52,022 nt of DNA from Bigelowiella natans CCMP2755. Lineage: Eukaryota; Protista; Cercozoa. The stretch spans positions 1 to 52,022 of the forward strand of contig ADNK01001551.1 in NCBI GenBank assembly GCA_000320545.1. Reading direction: 5' to 3'. A model generated the notes under the pieces. The model saw nothing but the letters and a program-made list of their open reading frames with translations. It was not told the origin of the DNA and did no database searches. The position numbers and the translations under genes were made by a program. Positions 38,000 to 50,330 of the stretch are shown in pieces. The first letter of the stretch is position 1. Every line of letters starts with the position of its first letter.

Positions 38000-39680
38000 C
38001 TAGAAAAACGGAGAAACAAGAAGAAAAAGAATAAGAAGGAGAAAAAGAAGAAGAAGAAAAAGAAGAAGAAGGGGTGGTAAGAGAAGAAGAAGGGATGGCT
38101 CTTCTTCTTTTTCTTCTTCTCTCTTTGGTTCTCCTTTCTTTGGTTCTTTTGGTGTGTGCAGTTCACTCTTGATATGTTCTCCGATTCTCAACGAGAGATC
38201 AGCCTTTCCTTCTTTGTATTCTTTCCTCTCTGATGGAAGTAAAGACACAATCAATGTGCTATAATTTTAGTGAGAATACTGCAAATCACCTTCATGCATT
38301 ATTTTTTCCTTTGCTAGAAGCTACGAGTTTATTTTCTTCCTCAACCACACTCCCAGAAGTCGATATCCACGCAGTGAACCAAAAGAAACCGAAGAAGACT
38401 AATATTGCGTTAGTAAGCCTAGAAACGGCTATAAGTAAGCGAGACCCAGATCCCAGAACAATCGAAGGAACAAATCCGATCGCGTATGAAGTGAGAGATT
38501 GATAGAAGGCTTATTTCCGGTAGTTGAATCTCCCACCAAATGATGCTCTCGTCAGGTGCAACTTGAGACGGTTATCTGGTAGCAACAACAATTTCGAAAA
38601 CGGACGCTGTATTGTTGTAGTTGCTGTGCCTGTTCGTTTGTGAAGCCAAAAGAACGTGATCTCAAGTCCGAAATAATGACACATTCGAAATAGGTGCCGC
38701 CAATCTAAGAACGCTCTCACACCGAGACTCTCCGCTACGAACATTACATGATTTTGCCTAGGTGCGCGTGGACTCTACGGGCTGGACTCTTCCTGGACTC
38801 CACCGACGCCTGTGACGCTCATCAGTGCGAAGCTATAAATAGCACAATGGAACGCCCAGAAATTTCTAAGAAACTCTAGACGTTTCTCCTTGCTTTCTGA
38901 GGTGTGCAAAGGCGGCCATTGTCCAGCTACGACTCAGCCATCGACCCGGAAATCGCTCGGTCAAAACTTTCATTTCCTCCAAAATGCGTTTTTGAATTTG
39001 TCATCGCTTCGGTTTCGGTCAATGTCAGAGCATCGCCTGCTCCAGAACTGTGTGTGCGCGTGCAGGGTGAACAGTTTGTCGCAAAATTGAAATGAATAAA
39101 CACGAATTTGACCAATTGATCAATTGTGAACTGGTTTCGAAACTGCTCTTCGTGCAGTGTGGCTTGCGTTTCAAGTTTGGCCGAACGTGGCAATGGCCAT
39201 CCTGAGTTTTTTGGTGTCGACGTTTGCACAGTGCCTGCCCAAATTGCATGGGTGTTGTGCAAGTCTGACTGTTGAACAAGATCGACAGCAAATTTGGAAA
39301 GTGCAGTCGCACAAAAAGTGATCGCAATCACCCCCACAGACAAGCACACCTCAAACATGCGCGCAGTCTTTTCATGAATGATCAAAATGCACGTGCGGGC
39401 AGTTCATTGGAATGTGCAAAATGATGAACCAGTTTCCATTGCGCACGCGTGGGCGGGGAAGAGCACATGCACGAAGAACAAGTGAAGGGACAGAGGGATT
39501 GCGCCCCATCGCTAGATCGCGTAATGTTGATGACCGTGTTCTCAAAACAACGCAACATGACAGACAACCTATCGCTCACTGGTTGGCAAAATAAATTGTG
39601 AGAATCTAGCCATGCTGCAAGACCGTCGCTACTATGGCCGATATTGTGATGTTCTACGGCTAGATCTATTCTCACGCCAT
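38000..39680 (-). pseudogene. Decayed membrane-protein gene, paralog B
   Basis: Colinear with paralog A: RLKLHLTRASFG, AFYQSLTSYAIGFVPSIVLGS...NAILVFFGFFWFTAWISTSGSVVEEENKL, WLDSHNLF...RLSVMLRCF. Has in-frame stops or frameshifts and lacks about 300 bp present in A (about 35720-36030). Confidence 0.65.
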
Positions 39681-39750
39681 GCTAGCAGTATGCGCATCAT
39701 AGTGAAGACGCATGACCCTTGTTGCTTCCTCCATCATTGTCGTGCCTTCT
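38960..39750. other. TpA-edited block 7 (5' half of paralog B)
   Basis: 152-aa ORF 38927-39385 and 97-aa ORF 39382-39675 contain no Tyr; very few TpA. Confidence 0.8.
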
Positions 39751-40006
39751 AGTTGTGTCATACTCCTCCAATTGCTCCTTCGAATGCTGGTTTCCATTCG
39801 CCTCTAGCTCCGACGCCTCCTTCCCCTGGAACAGTATTAAGAGCAATGAGGTATGGAGGGTTTTTAACAGGCTCGAAAAACCAAAGAATAACTGAGGAAA
39901 TTTGTTCGTTGGATGTTTTGCGCTTGTGTTCAGGATGAACTGATGGCATTTATGGCATCGTGAGAGGGCCAGCGTGCGTATATATATATATATATATATA
40001 TATGTA

Positions 40007-40040
<34 letters not shown>

Positions 40041-40618
40041 TACGTTGTTCTTCGTCTTTCCGCTGCCAGATTTGGATTCACTCTACATGAAGAAAATGTA
40101 GTTCAAAACAAGGGAACGCTCACTCTCTCAACCGCACAGGGGGGCCAAAGGCCAATTTCTTCCAACCGATGGGAATGCACAAGATGATGCCCAAACCAAA
40201 TGGCAAGACAAAACGGAAGTGTTTAGGGAGATCATGGCAGGATCATTGGCCATGATAACGCTTCTCCAGCGATCAAATTAATATAAAATTATGTATGATA
40301 AAAACATACAAGATAGTATAAATACTTCAACGCGTAACCTAAGCTTCGCAAATTGTTTACAATGATGATACCACACATCAGCGAGCATGGGTCGGGCGTC
40401 GCACATGTGGGTAGCAGTGTTTCACAGATGGTCTGCATGCCGCATCCAAAACCTTCTTCTCTTGTAGCCGGCAGTAGGCGTACAGCAAGGAGCCCCCGAG
40501 CACAGTTCCGAGACCGATAACTATATGATTAGATGCGCATTTTGTTCATACACGCAAACATTTATTCATGTATGCATATGTACATTCATATATGCATAGT
40601 TGTATATAAAATTATATG

Positions 40619-40649
<31 letters not shown>

Positions 40650-43600
40650 CCATAAATATGTGTGTGTATGTTACACATATTATCGAATTCAATTGACTCG
40701 CGATGAATCTAAAAACTATCTGAACTAAGAAAGCATGCATCAAGGCCCTTTGTCTTGGCAGAGACTCATCAAATTCGTGCGCATATCAGCGTTTTCACCT
40801 CCATGCAAGGTGAGAGGCGTTCGCCAGATGTACGCCCCCACGATCGACTGGGCAGCACCCTATTCATTCATCCATTCATTCCTTCACTCACACAATCGGG
40901 GGGGGGGGCATGTTGTTTCCATGCCCCAAAATAGTGCCGCGGTAAACAGATAAACGATGACGAAACAGAGCTGGCGGTCTAGTTAACTGAAGGCACCATC
41001 GAACGCGCACATACGCACATACGTCGGCGTCTAATTAGACGAAGAAGATAGAGAAAAGGGGGAATCGAGACACACCATCCCCTCTCTCACCTTAGCGTTG
41101 CCAATAACGTTGTGCGACAACGGGGAGGTCAGCTTTAGCTGCGTAACGGCGGCCACACCGACGAAAGACCTGCGATTTTCATCACCAATCACCTCCAATA
41201 AATGCGAATGGCAAGCCACTTGCGTTGATGCTATATTCCTCTCCTTCTCACAAGTGTCATGGCACTCACCCAAGCAGAGCGGCCACGGTCATCCAAAACC
41301 TAACAAAACAAGATGTGTGTGCGTGGTGGTCAGCACAGCAACGTGTTTTCGCGGCCAGTTTTCTGATGATGACACTTCTATCCCCCCTCTTTCTCTCCTC
41401 TCTCTCCCCCCTCTGGGCGAGGCGCAGTACAACATTTAATCACAGAGGTCTAGCGCACATACCACAGTCCAACATCCACACTCCCCTTCTACCTCCTATT
41501 TATCTCCAAACTATTACAAAGCTGGCAGGTTCACTGCTGCTGCTGCTGCTGCTGCTGCTACTACTACTAACAACCAGAATAGAGGGTTGCGCAGCTTTGC
41601 TTGATGCTCGATGATGATCTGCGTCTCGAAGATGCCAATTAGAGGCACGAACCTAACACCATGGAACCCTGAAATCAACAATTCGCTGGAAAGAAAGATG
41701 CCGTAGCAGTCCTACACAGTTGCTTCGATGGAAGGGAAAAGAGTTCTGATTCCATATCGATGGCTGCTCGGTGTCTACAATGCAGGAAACTAGCATTTCC
41801 CAAACCCCAGACTCACAATCAATATCGTCAGTGTCCTTTTGTCAAATGTGTTATCAAGCGGTATCGCTCTGATAGGAGTGTCGTGCATGCTTCTTACGCT
41901 CTCCTCGGACTGCTACATGAGTGAGGGGTGAGTGTGCGTGGTGTGGGCCGTACATTAATGCTGCGTGCGCGTTGTTGTAGAAGATCACCGCCCATTTGTC
42001 CTTCGTTGTTGCATTGAGCACCACACAATACATCGCCAGTCAGCGATCGATATCACCCGAATGATAGTAACTCAACGAATTTCATAGAATCAATGCTGAT
42101 GCTGCTGCTGCTGATGATGATGATGATGATATAGTAATGATGATAATGATGATGATAATGATCATGATCGATGATGATAATGATGGTGGCGACGACGGTG
42201 AGTATATGACATTGAGCGCATCCATTCGCTTGCGTGTCAGTATTGGGTAAAGCACGCAGCAGAGCGATGATGAAAAACCTAATAATACGGAAGCAGGATA
42301 TAGGGGGGGGGGGGGGGGGTTAAAAGAACCGCATTTATATTAAGAAAAAACATCACGCTTAATAGAGAAGGGAAGGGAAGGGGGGGAAAGCGACAACGGC
42401 AATACCAAAGATAGTTCCGAGGAGGGAGAACTTTATCTCCCCTTTGATACCCAGATAGTAGCCCGCCAAGATAACGAAGAGACACAGCGCTGTTGGCGTG
42501 GAGGTGAGATCACCTGTGTTGAATATGAAGCATCGGCGAAAGCAGCATTCCCACGATTGTTATGATTCGCAGCAGTTGTCTTCGACACAACTACCCAACT
42601 CATCAACGCAATGATGATGTTACCGAGAAGAATGTACGAGAGCATGCTATTGATTACTGGCGTAAGCCCTCGAGCTACCTAAGAAGGGGAATTGCACAAG
42701 TAACCAATGTTTGGATCTTCACGGGGAGATGGAAGGGCATTTGCTGATTTTGCAGAACTCTTTTGAAATCAATAAGTAATCGTCGCAGGTTGCCTCTTTA
42801 CCTGGTAGAAAGAGACCTCCACGAACTTCAAGCAAATATTGGTCAATGATATCATCAACACAAACGCGCAGCTCATTCCAAAGCACGCAGGTCCCTCCTT
42901 CCATTCGTACCTATCGATCGAATGAAACGGCCACAATGAAAACGCGCGACGACGAGAAGGTTGGCGATGATGGCCAAAATGGCGTTATTGCAGTAGGGCG
43001 CGAGGGCCGCAGGTTTGGGACGTCTCTTAGTTTTTTAAAAAGAACGATCACACGTTTCTATTTGTCAGTGATTTCAGTTTATTGAGCAGCCCTCTCGCGG
43101 ATTGACCTGTATGTTTTTTTAGGAAGCTGGTCAACTACGACACCGAGGATGCCCTTCATTTTAGGAGGCTTCGATGGCTTGTTGCCGGTTGTCCCAGGAG
43201 TGCCTAATGGATTGGAGGGCGGGGATAGATACAAAGGAATGAAGGCTTTCTTGCCGCTAATAACTTCATCAGTCGGAATTGTACCTCCCCCGCTGAGTAT
43301 GCGCATTCGAATGAGCGAGAGAATCTGTAAGATTAGGAAGAGAGGAGTAAGGACATGTTCCCCCCCTGATTCCATTGCACGGCACCCTTATCATAACCAC
43401 GGTGACAACGCACTGGAACCATGTGACTAGCAGCGGGGCTGGAATCGAGATTTCCGGGGACATAAGGAACTGCACGTAAACAAAAAAACACACAGTTTCA
43501 TCGAGGCGATATCAGGAAACTACACACGCAAATAACAAACAACATTAAGCTTTCAGTTCTCGCAGTGTGCCTTGTATGTTTGCTACCTTGTTGGCAAATA

Positions 43601-43676
43601 CGAGGGTAGATGACGTGAGCACGTAGGCTGCAATGGCCGTTATCACCTCGCACGCGGAGGCCTTTGGCCCTCCCAT
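39735..43676 (-). CDS. SLC35C1: GDP-fucose transporter-like nucleotide-sugar transporter (3' end approximate)
   Basis: MGGPKASACEVITAIAAYVLTSSTLVFANK|FLMSPEISIPAPLLVTWFQCVVT; MISLTNICLKFVE; VARGLTPVINSMLSYILLG; WAVIFYNNAHA; QLKLTSPLSHNVIGNAK|GAAQS; VLGGSLLYAY. These match SLC35C1 motifs PLFVTWYQC, FYNN and TSPLTHNVSGTAK. Confidence 0.88.
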
Positions 43677-44114
43677 CGTATCTGCAGGTGCTGGATATCA
43701 ATTTGAATTTTGGCTTTGGTTATAGGCATCCAGGGACCAGTACAAATGAGTAAGATCATGAAACAGAATTAAATGTCATGACAAAACTGCTACCTAGTTC
43801 CTATCCTTCCGTGTATACGGAATCTGAGGCGCAAAAGAGGTGATCAGTTGGCGCGGGGGGGGGGCGCTCGTTCGGATCCTTCGGGACAAAAAACTGAAGG
43901 GGATTTCTAGGTGCGACAAGGAGCATGGACAAGTATCTAGCATATTGTCGCAGTGTTATAAGTCTCAGACATCTTCTGACTGCGACAAAGGAAATGACGA
44001 TGACGAATAAAGATTTTTTTTAATAAATGTCGCTACACTAAAATCCCCTGTGTTTTCGGACGAACTTCAGAATGAGATTTTCAAGATTTCGTCCGGAAGA
44101 ACTCTCGCCTCCGA

Positions 44115-46518
44115 ATGGCACCCGCCCGGCTGGGAAGGGCCCACATCCTAGTAGTCGTTGCTGCAGCGACCGCATTAGGCCTGTTCGCGCCAACGGCAAC
44201 GCAGAGACGGGGAAGGAATATTATCAGGCAGCGGCATGTGCTCGTTAGAGGTGTACATAGACGTCTTCCGCTCCCCTTTGCGTCTCGAATAGGTAAGTAT
44301 TAAGGAGAGGTAGCATTTCAGGGCCGGAAAAAACCCAACATGAACGACTAGCAAAAGACTAATCTGAATTACTTCGAATGAAAGCAATGCTGCTACCCCC
44401 CTTTAATGCGCCTTGCAATTAGGTGGTGGGTCGCCGAGTCGCCGGCAATGGCCCGAGAGAAGACAGCCTCCCACACATGGCAGCAGTTTTGTTAGAATCG
44501 AAATCCGCTCTCCGATATCGTTTCAAGTCACCTATAGGACGGCAAATAGGAGAAGTAAGTCGCAGCGGTTTCCGGCAAATAACGAGGACGTGATTGATGA
44601 CGGCAGGTGGGTCTCTATCTTATTGCTCGGAAGCGTGATCTCACACCTAAAACTTGCGATGTTTTTCAGCATTCCCCCGGATCTGAAAAGTGCCGGAATT
44701 TCGTCATGGCCAGAGATGATAAAACCTGTTGTACTCGACGATGGATTCGGGTGTCTAACTTTTTCTCTCCATGCAACGCGCTCGGCCTCCCTCACCGAGA
44801 CTCTCTCTCTCTCTCTCGCTCGCTCTCTCTGTCTCTCTCTAAACATGCATTCCGCATATGTTTTGTAACTATTGTTTCGCGACATCCGCCATCGGCATTT
44901 CGACGAAACGTACGTTAATCAGGTGGGAGTTCCCCGCCGCTACGTACCCGTTTATCGTCGATCGATTGAGAGGGTGCAACGTCAGAGGTAGCAAGTCCTC
45001 CAAGCAGACCTACCCCTTTCGTCAAGCACAGATTGTGAATTACAGCAACGACTTCCACTCACTCTGATCAGTGCGCTGTTGTTCTTTTCTCACTCGTTCG
45101 ACAAATTCTATTCTATTTCCCAGTCGACCCCCCTCCCGCGTGGGTACTCCTCCTCGCAGGGAAGTTCTTCCGGCGGTATGCTGGCAATGGTGTTTTGGAC
45201 GGGCTTCCAGAGGCCTCTCGACGAGCTCTGGAAGGCGATAAAGTAGCACATATACGCGATTGTCGTAGTAGCAAAACATAGGCACCATGCAGTACTGAGC
45301 CACGTTGTTCCATCAACAAGCAGCGCCAGACTTCTCTCACTCTCCCCCCGACATTCGTCCCCTTCCAATGCCATCAGAGCCCTGCCAGTTGTCCCGAGCC
45401 TTTAAAGCAGCATTTGCACGAATTAACGTTACCAACGAGGGAGGCGGCAAAGGCCGGTTCCAAAGACGACGCAGCGGTTTGGCGCTATGCTTTTGTTCAG
45501 TCGGCGATCTCTTATTGCGTCGGTTGCGAAGGTGCTAATTTTACGTTGTTTTTAGGATGTAGTGGAGAGCTCTATGGCCCCCGACAGTGATATCGAGGCG
45601 CATTTACTAGATTCCTCGGCGGGGTCGCTATCGCCCGCAGCACCATCACCGTTATCAGCGCAATCATTGCAAAATCTACTGAAGGCAGAGCTTGTATCAC
45701 TGGCAAGGGAAAGGGGGCTCAAAGTCTCCGGTATGATGATCCCACGCTTGTCGTTACCAAACTCCGCTATTATCGCAACGCCAATATTATCTTCTAGCCT
45801 TGCGAAATTTAACTTGAAGGGAAAATGCTGCTGAATTCTCGTTTCCTTTTGTTCCGTGGGAGAATTGAATCTAGTCCACCCGTGCAATAAACCTGCAATC
45901 GCTGCTACTACTTTCTGACCCCACTCCATAATGATGTTGTTTAGGGACAAAGGAAGAGTTGGTTGGTAGAATCGTCGCGTCAATGCCTTCTGATGCCGAA
46001 GAAGCTGCCCTCTCTAAAGGCGCTCTGGTAACAGAGGTAGTCCCCATATCTCCCCCCCCCCTCGAAGATGAAGCACGAACGTATGAGGAGGTGGAGGACG
46101 AGGAGGAGGAGGAGGCGACTAGAGCGGGCCCTTTACATCTGCTCGACTATCAACTGCACGGGGTGAGGGAAATTGTGTCGTTTTAAAGAAAAGAAGAGGA
46201 CGCAAAGCATAATCGATGAGGCTGCTCTTATTGCCTGTGTTTTCTGCAGCTGCAGCGGCGTGCGTCTTTGTAGAATTGATAGCTCTGCCGTTTGCAAAAT
46301 GTCCACGCATTCGAGATGATTGTGCGCATAAACACAGTAGATGATTCCCTCTTTCCCTTCGCCTCCTTCTTGTCTTTGAACAAAGATCCGCAGAGGTATT
46401 GAAAGGCACGGGAGACTGCTGCTCGGCGACGAGATGGGCTTGGGGAAAACCGTATTGCAACGTCTACACAGCAAAACACAGCATGTCTTATCATGAGCGA
46501 TGACAAATCAACACGATG

Positions 46519-46553
<35 letters not shown>

Positions 46554-46820
46554 TGCGTGTATGTGGGTGCATTTTTTGTTTGTGCTGTTGCTCTGCTTCA
46601 TAAATTGCCCGGTCATTTCTCTCCTCTTCCTCGTCGCTGCTGTTGTCTCTGTGTACGATATTGGCGTGAATGTTTGGTTTCTCCCCCCTCATCCTCCTCC
46701 TCCCCCTCGCCCTCCTCAAGATTCAATCGTTGATGCTAGCCCTCTTCTACAAAGACGAATGGCTCGGAACTGTATTAACAAACAAATCATTCAGCTGCGT
46801 CTGCGCGAATCGCTCCCTCT

Positions 46821-46890
<70 letters not shown>

Positions 46891-47118
46891 TGTGTGTGTC
46901 ATTTTCTGCTGCTGCTGTTGCTTCTGCTCGCTATCACTCCATACACCGCAACCATCGTTCAATGCAATGCTCCGGCATCAGGTACACGCTAATAGACAGC
47001 TTGCTGCCAGGCGCCTTACCAAGCTATGACGACTACGTGAAACGCTACTGCGTCAAAAAAGAAAGGGTGCGAAGAAGTCTCGATGAATTTCCAACGGCGA
47101 CGAGTCCGTCGTAAGAGA

Positions 47119-47160
<42 letters not shown>

Positions 47161-47391
47161 AGAAATAAATATATATTTATGATTGTAGGTATTTGGCCGT
47201 GGCCGTTATCGGCGCGTGCATGTTTCCTGGGAGGGAAGTAAGTGCAAGCAGCGCTTTAAGCTCTTCGTCGCCTCTCGCCACTCACCTTACACAAGCCGGC
47301 GTCGATAGATACTTGATGATTTTCCTTTGTGCACACGTGAATATATCACACTTTATTCCTCACAAAGGCATCCCCAGTCCCATTTGTCCAC

Positions 47392-47429
<38 letters not shown>

Positions 47430-49298
47430 TCTATCTATTGATCATTCCCGCTTGATTCTCTACTGTTCCCGGGTACATAAAGGCACAAAGCCTGAGGAGC
47501 TGCACACACTACTTTCTTCCTCGGTCATGCTGCGGCGGCGTAAGGTCGATGTCCTATCAGAGCTTCCCCCGAAAAGAAGGTCTTGCTAATTTATCTGTCA
47601 AGGAATGGGAGGGGGGGAGGGGGAGAGGGAGGGGGATAGGACTACTTTATCATTAGACTTATCGGCTATCATAAAGATGACAAGTTGCATTCCCACCATT
47701 ATCGTGTGATTCGCCTCCTCTGCAGGCAGAGGGTAGTACTGGATGGCCTCAAGGCCTCAAAACTTGCACAAATCGCTGCTGAGATCGATAAGCATCGCCA
47801 CCAACTCCTCTCCGAAGCAAGTAAGTCACACCGCGCCCCAACCAAATTATCAAATGCAATATGTGCACGAGAAGGAAAAATCAATTTTTCCCACGATTGG
47901 CTAACCCTCCTCCCCCCCCCTCCACACGCGGCAATTTAGAAGCAGGTTCGGCAGCAGGAGGGACCCTTGCAGAGGTGTTTTGGATGACGGGAGAGGCGAA
48001 AATCGAGGCTGTTTGCGCGTATGCAAAGTACCTCTTAGAATCAGGTTTGTCTTTGGGTAGATTGAGGGACGATTTCGCCCAATCATCAATGTGGGTTATG
48101 GAGGCATACTTGCCCATACTTGCACATGAAATGCAGCATTTTTAAGTTCAATTGCGATGATTATCGTCGACAACTCAGGCCAGCGCTTCCTCATGTTCGC
48201 GCATCACCGGGTCGTTTTGGACGAAATCGAGGCCGTTTTAGATCAGATGCGGGTGGGCTTCGTGCGAATAGACGGCCAAACGCCGCCGGCGCAGCGTTAT
48301 TCTTTAGCTGAGAGGTACTACGACTTAGATGGAGGGTATGGGAATATAGTGTTAAACCTCAGCGACGGCCGTTGTGTTGTTTTGGAACTGCTTGTGGATT
48401 TTATTGGTGTATTCGTTGGCACTTTACACATCCTCGTCTCCCCCCCACCCCCCTTTCTACTCCGTCTTATGTGAGCAGATTCCAAAGCGATGAAAACGTC
48501 CGTGTAGCTCTTCTCTCGATGACAGCCGCTGGAACGGGTGATTGGTGAATGTGATTGCTGTTGGCGAGGGTATTGGGGAATACGATGATGATAAGGATGA
48601 TGAGTTTGGTTTTTACAGATCTTCACTTACGTCTGTTATTTCTGCCCACTTAGCTTCCCTTCCTCTCCAGTTGTTGCTTCGTCTTCTTACCATTCGCTTT
48701 GTGCAATTCCTATATTGGCCAGGTTTGACTCTGCACTCAGCGTCACTCGTCGTCTTTGCGGAGTTGTTTTGGGTAAATCAACCAATTTCTTGATGGGCAC
48801 AAACGCACTTCCGCATGAAACAAAATAAACCGATTTTCCTGATACTTTCATCGGGGGGAAAAGCCGATAATGCTTCCACCCAACCCGGGGCAAGAGCCTT
48901 GTTTCCTTCTACCGCTGTAGCATTTTGAGAAACATGTACTATATGTCTCCAATTGAGGTGTGATTATGAGTAGTTGCAAAGGCAATGCATGCTTATGCTA
49001 TATTTATCTGCCTCAATCATGCCAGGTTCCTGGCCAACTCTTGCAGTGCGAAGATCGCGCGCACAGGTTTTCGTCATTACCCCCTTGATTCTTGCTGTCT
49101 CCTAGCCTTCGGAATGCGCGCACACGCGCGTGTGCTGTTTACGACGTCCTTCGTGAAACGAGGGTGTGAAAATGCATCTGATAGCGTTTTTGTTGATACG
49201 AAAGGCACGGACAGAAAGAGAACGTGGATGTCCATTACCTCGTAATTATTAGATCGACCATCATCCTCCCATGCAGTATATTCTTCCATTTGTGCTAC

Positions 49299-49344
<46 letters not shown>

Positions 49345-49503
49345 TTGTATCATATATATATATATACATATATACATATATGTAAATATGCAAAGGTGGC
49401 TCCTGGAACGGTGGACGATATAATCTTTCCGATGGTGAATCGTAAATTTGCTCACAGCTCGAGGACAGTGGACGGGGGCAGCGCCCCAATGAACATAGTT
49501 TGA
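44115..49503 (+). CDS. SMARCAL1: SMARCAL1/HARP-like SNF2 annealing helicase with N-terminal bipartite targeting leader and SAP domain
   Basis: LLDYQLHG; GRLLLGDEMGLGKT|IQSL; MLRRRKVDVLSELPPKRR; FLMFAHHRVVLD; RIDGQTP; VALLSMTAAGT|GLTLHSASLVVFAELFW|VPGQLLQCEDRAHR|HGQKENVDVHYL|VAPGTVDD. SAP domain LQNLLKAELVSLARERGLKVSG|TKEELVGRI. Confidence 0.88.
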
Positions 49504-49789
49504 TACAGAGACGTCACGGTGTCTATAGAAGTTATTGTATTTTTAATGCTGAAAATGCTCTTAGGAAACGTGCATGGAGGCACGATGATAAGTACAAATA
49601 TCCTCGTCTCTATTGTAACAGTTTGTGTATGATAAGAATGATATAATGATATGTAGTATTAAGTTTGAAACCGGTTATTTAGCAAAGATATCGTCACCGT
49701 AGAGAAGGGATACAACGAACCGCCCGGTTATCAGCCTCAGAAGCAGGCATCTGTTGGCAAAATGTCAATATATTAAAGCAGCTATATTT

Positions 49790-50330
49790 CTTTTTTTTTA
49801 ACATGCATAATAAGGTGGTGCATGTATGATAAGGTAAAGCAAGTGCGCTAACAATGCGTCCACGATGTGTCGTAGCATGTTACGTGAGATATTTCCAATG
49901 AATCTTTGCGCCACTAGACTATAAGACTACTTCATTTGGTACTACTACACGCAAGAAGCATTGCACGGTGCCGCCAGATGCCGGCTGGTCGAATCATGCT
50001 ATGATAGACATGCAATATATGATCTATTATTGCTAATATACGTGGAGTCAAGTTCTGATGCACATCGTAGGCATGTGTGCTCCCCAGGCTAGCTAGGTAG
50101 CAGCTAGAAGGCATTATTATGAAAGAATATGTTTCATTACGTATTCGATGGAATATATCAATGCATTGCGAGGATAAAAAGGTACATTAGCTGTGCATGC
50201 AACGCTGCTGGCGCGGTGTCTCCTTTTCTAATTTAGTCGCAAATGCTCGACGCATACACAGCTGATGGTCATCGACCATCACGCCACGCAAGGTCAGCAT
50301 GCATCCTCAACCTTCACTACTCTCTACTTA
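49790..50330. other. Weak or partial TpA-edited block 8
   Basis: Patches such as gcatgtgtgc...ggctagctaggtagcagctag and ctgtgcatgc, but many ordinary TpA remain. Confidence 0.4.

Noticed and set aside
38010-38150. Purine tract followed by pyrimidine tract (aagaag... / ...cttctt) suggesting a hairpin or MITE
   Set aside because: Complementarity arises from low-complexity (GAA)n/(TTC)n sequence; no defined terminal inverted repeats or TSD.
34500-39750. Transposon or endogenous virus underlying the edited blocks
   Set aside because: I found no transposase, RT, integrase or capsid motifs, and no terminal repeats or TSDs; blocks 1-5 show no evident similarity to each other beyond composition. 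A heavily edited element cannot be excluded without a de-edited homology search.
46755-46775. Possible non-canonical GC splice donor after ...KDEW
   Set aside because: A GT donor is available a few bases downstream and the next exon is missing, so phase cannot be tested.
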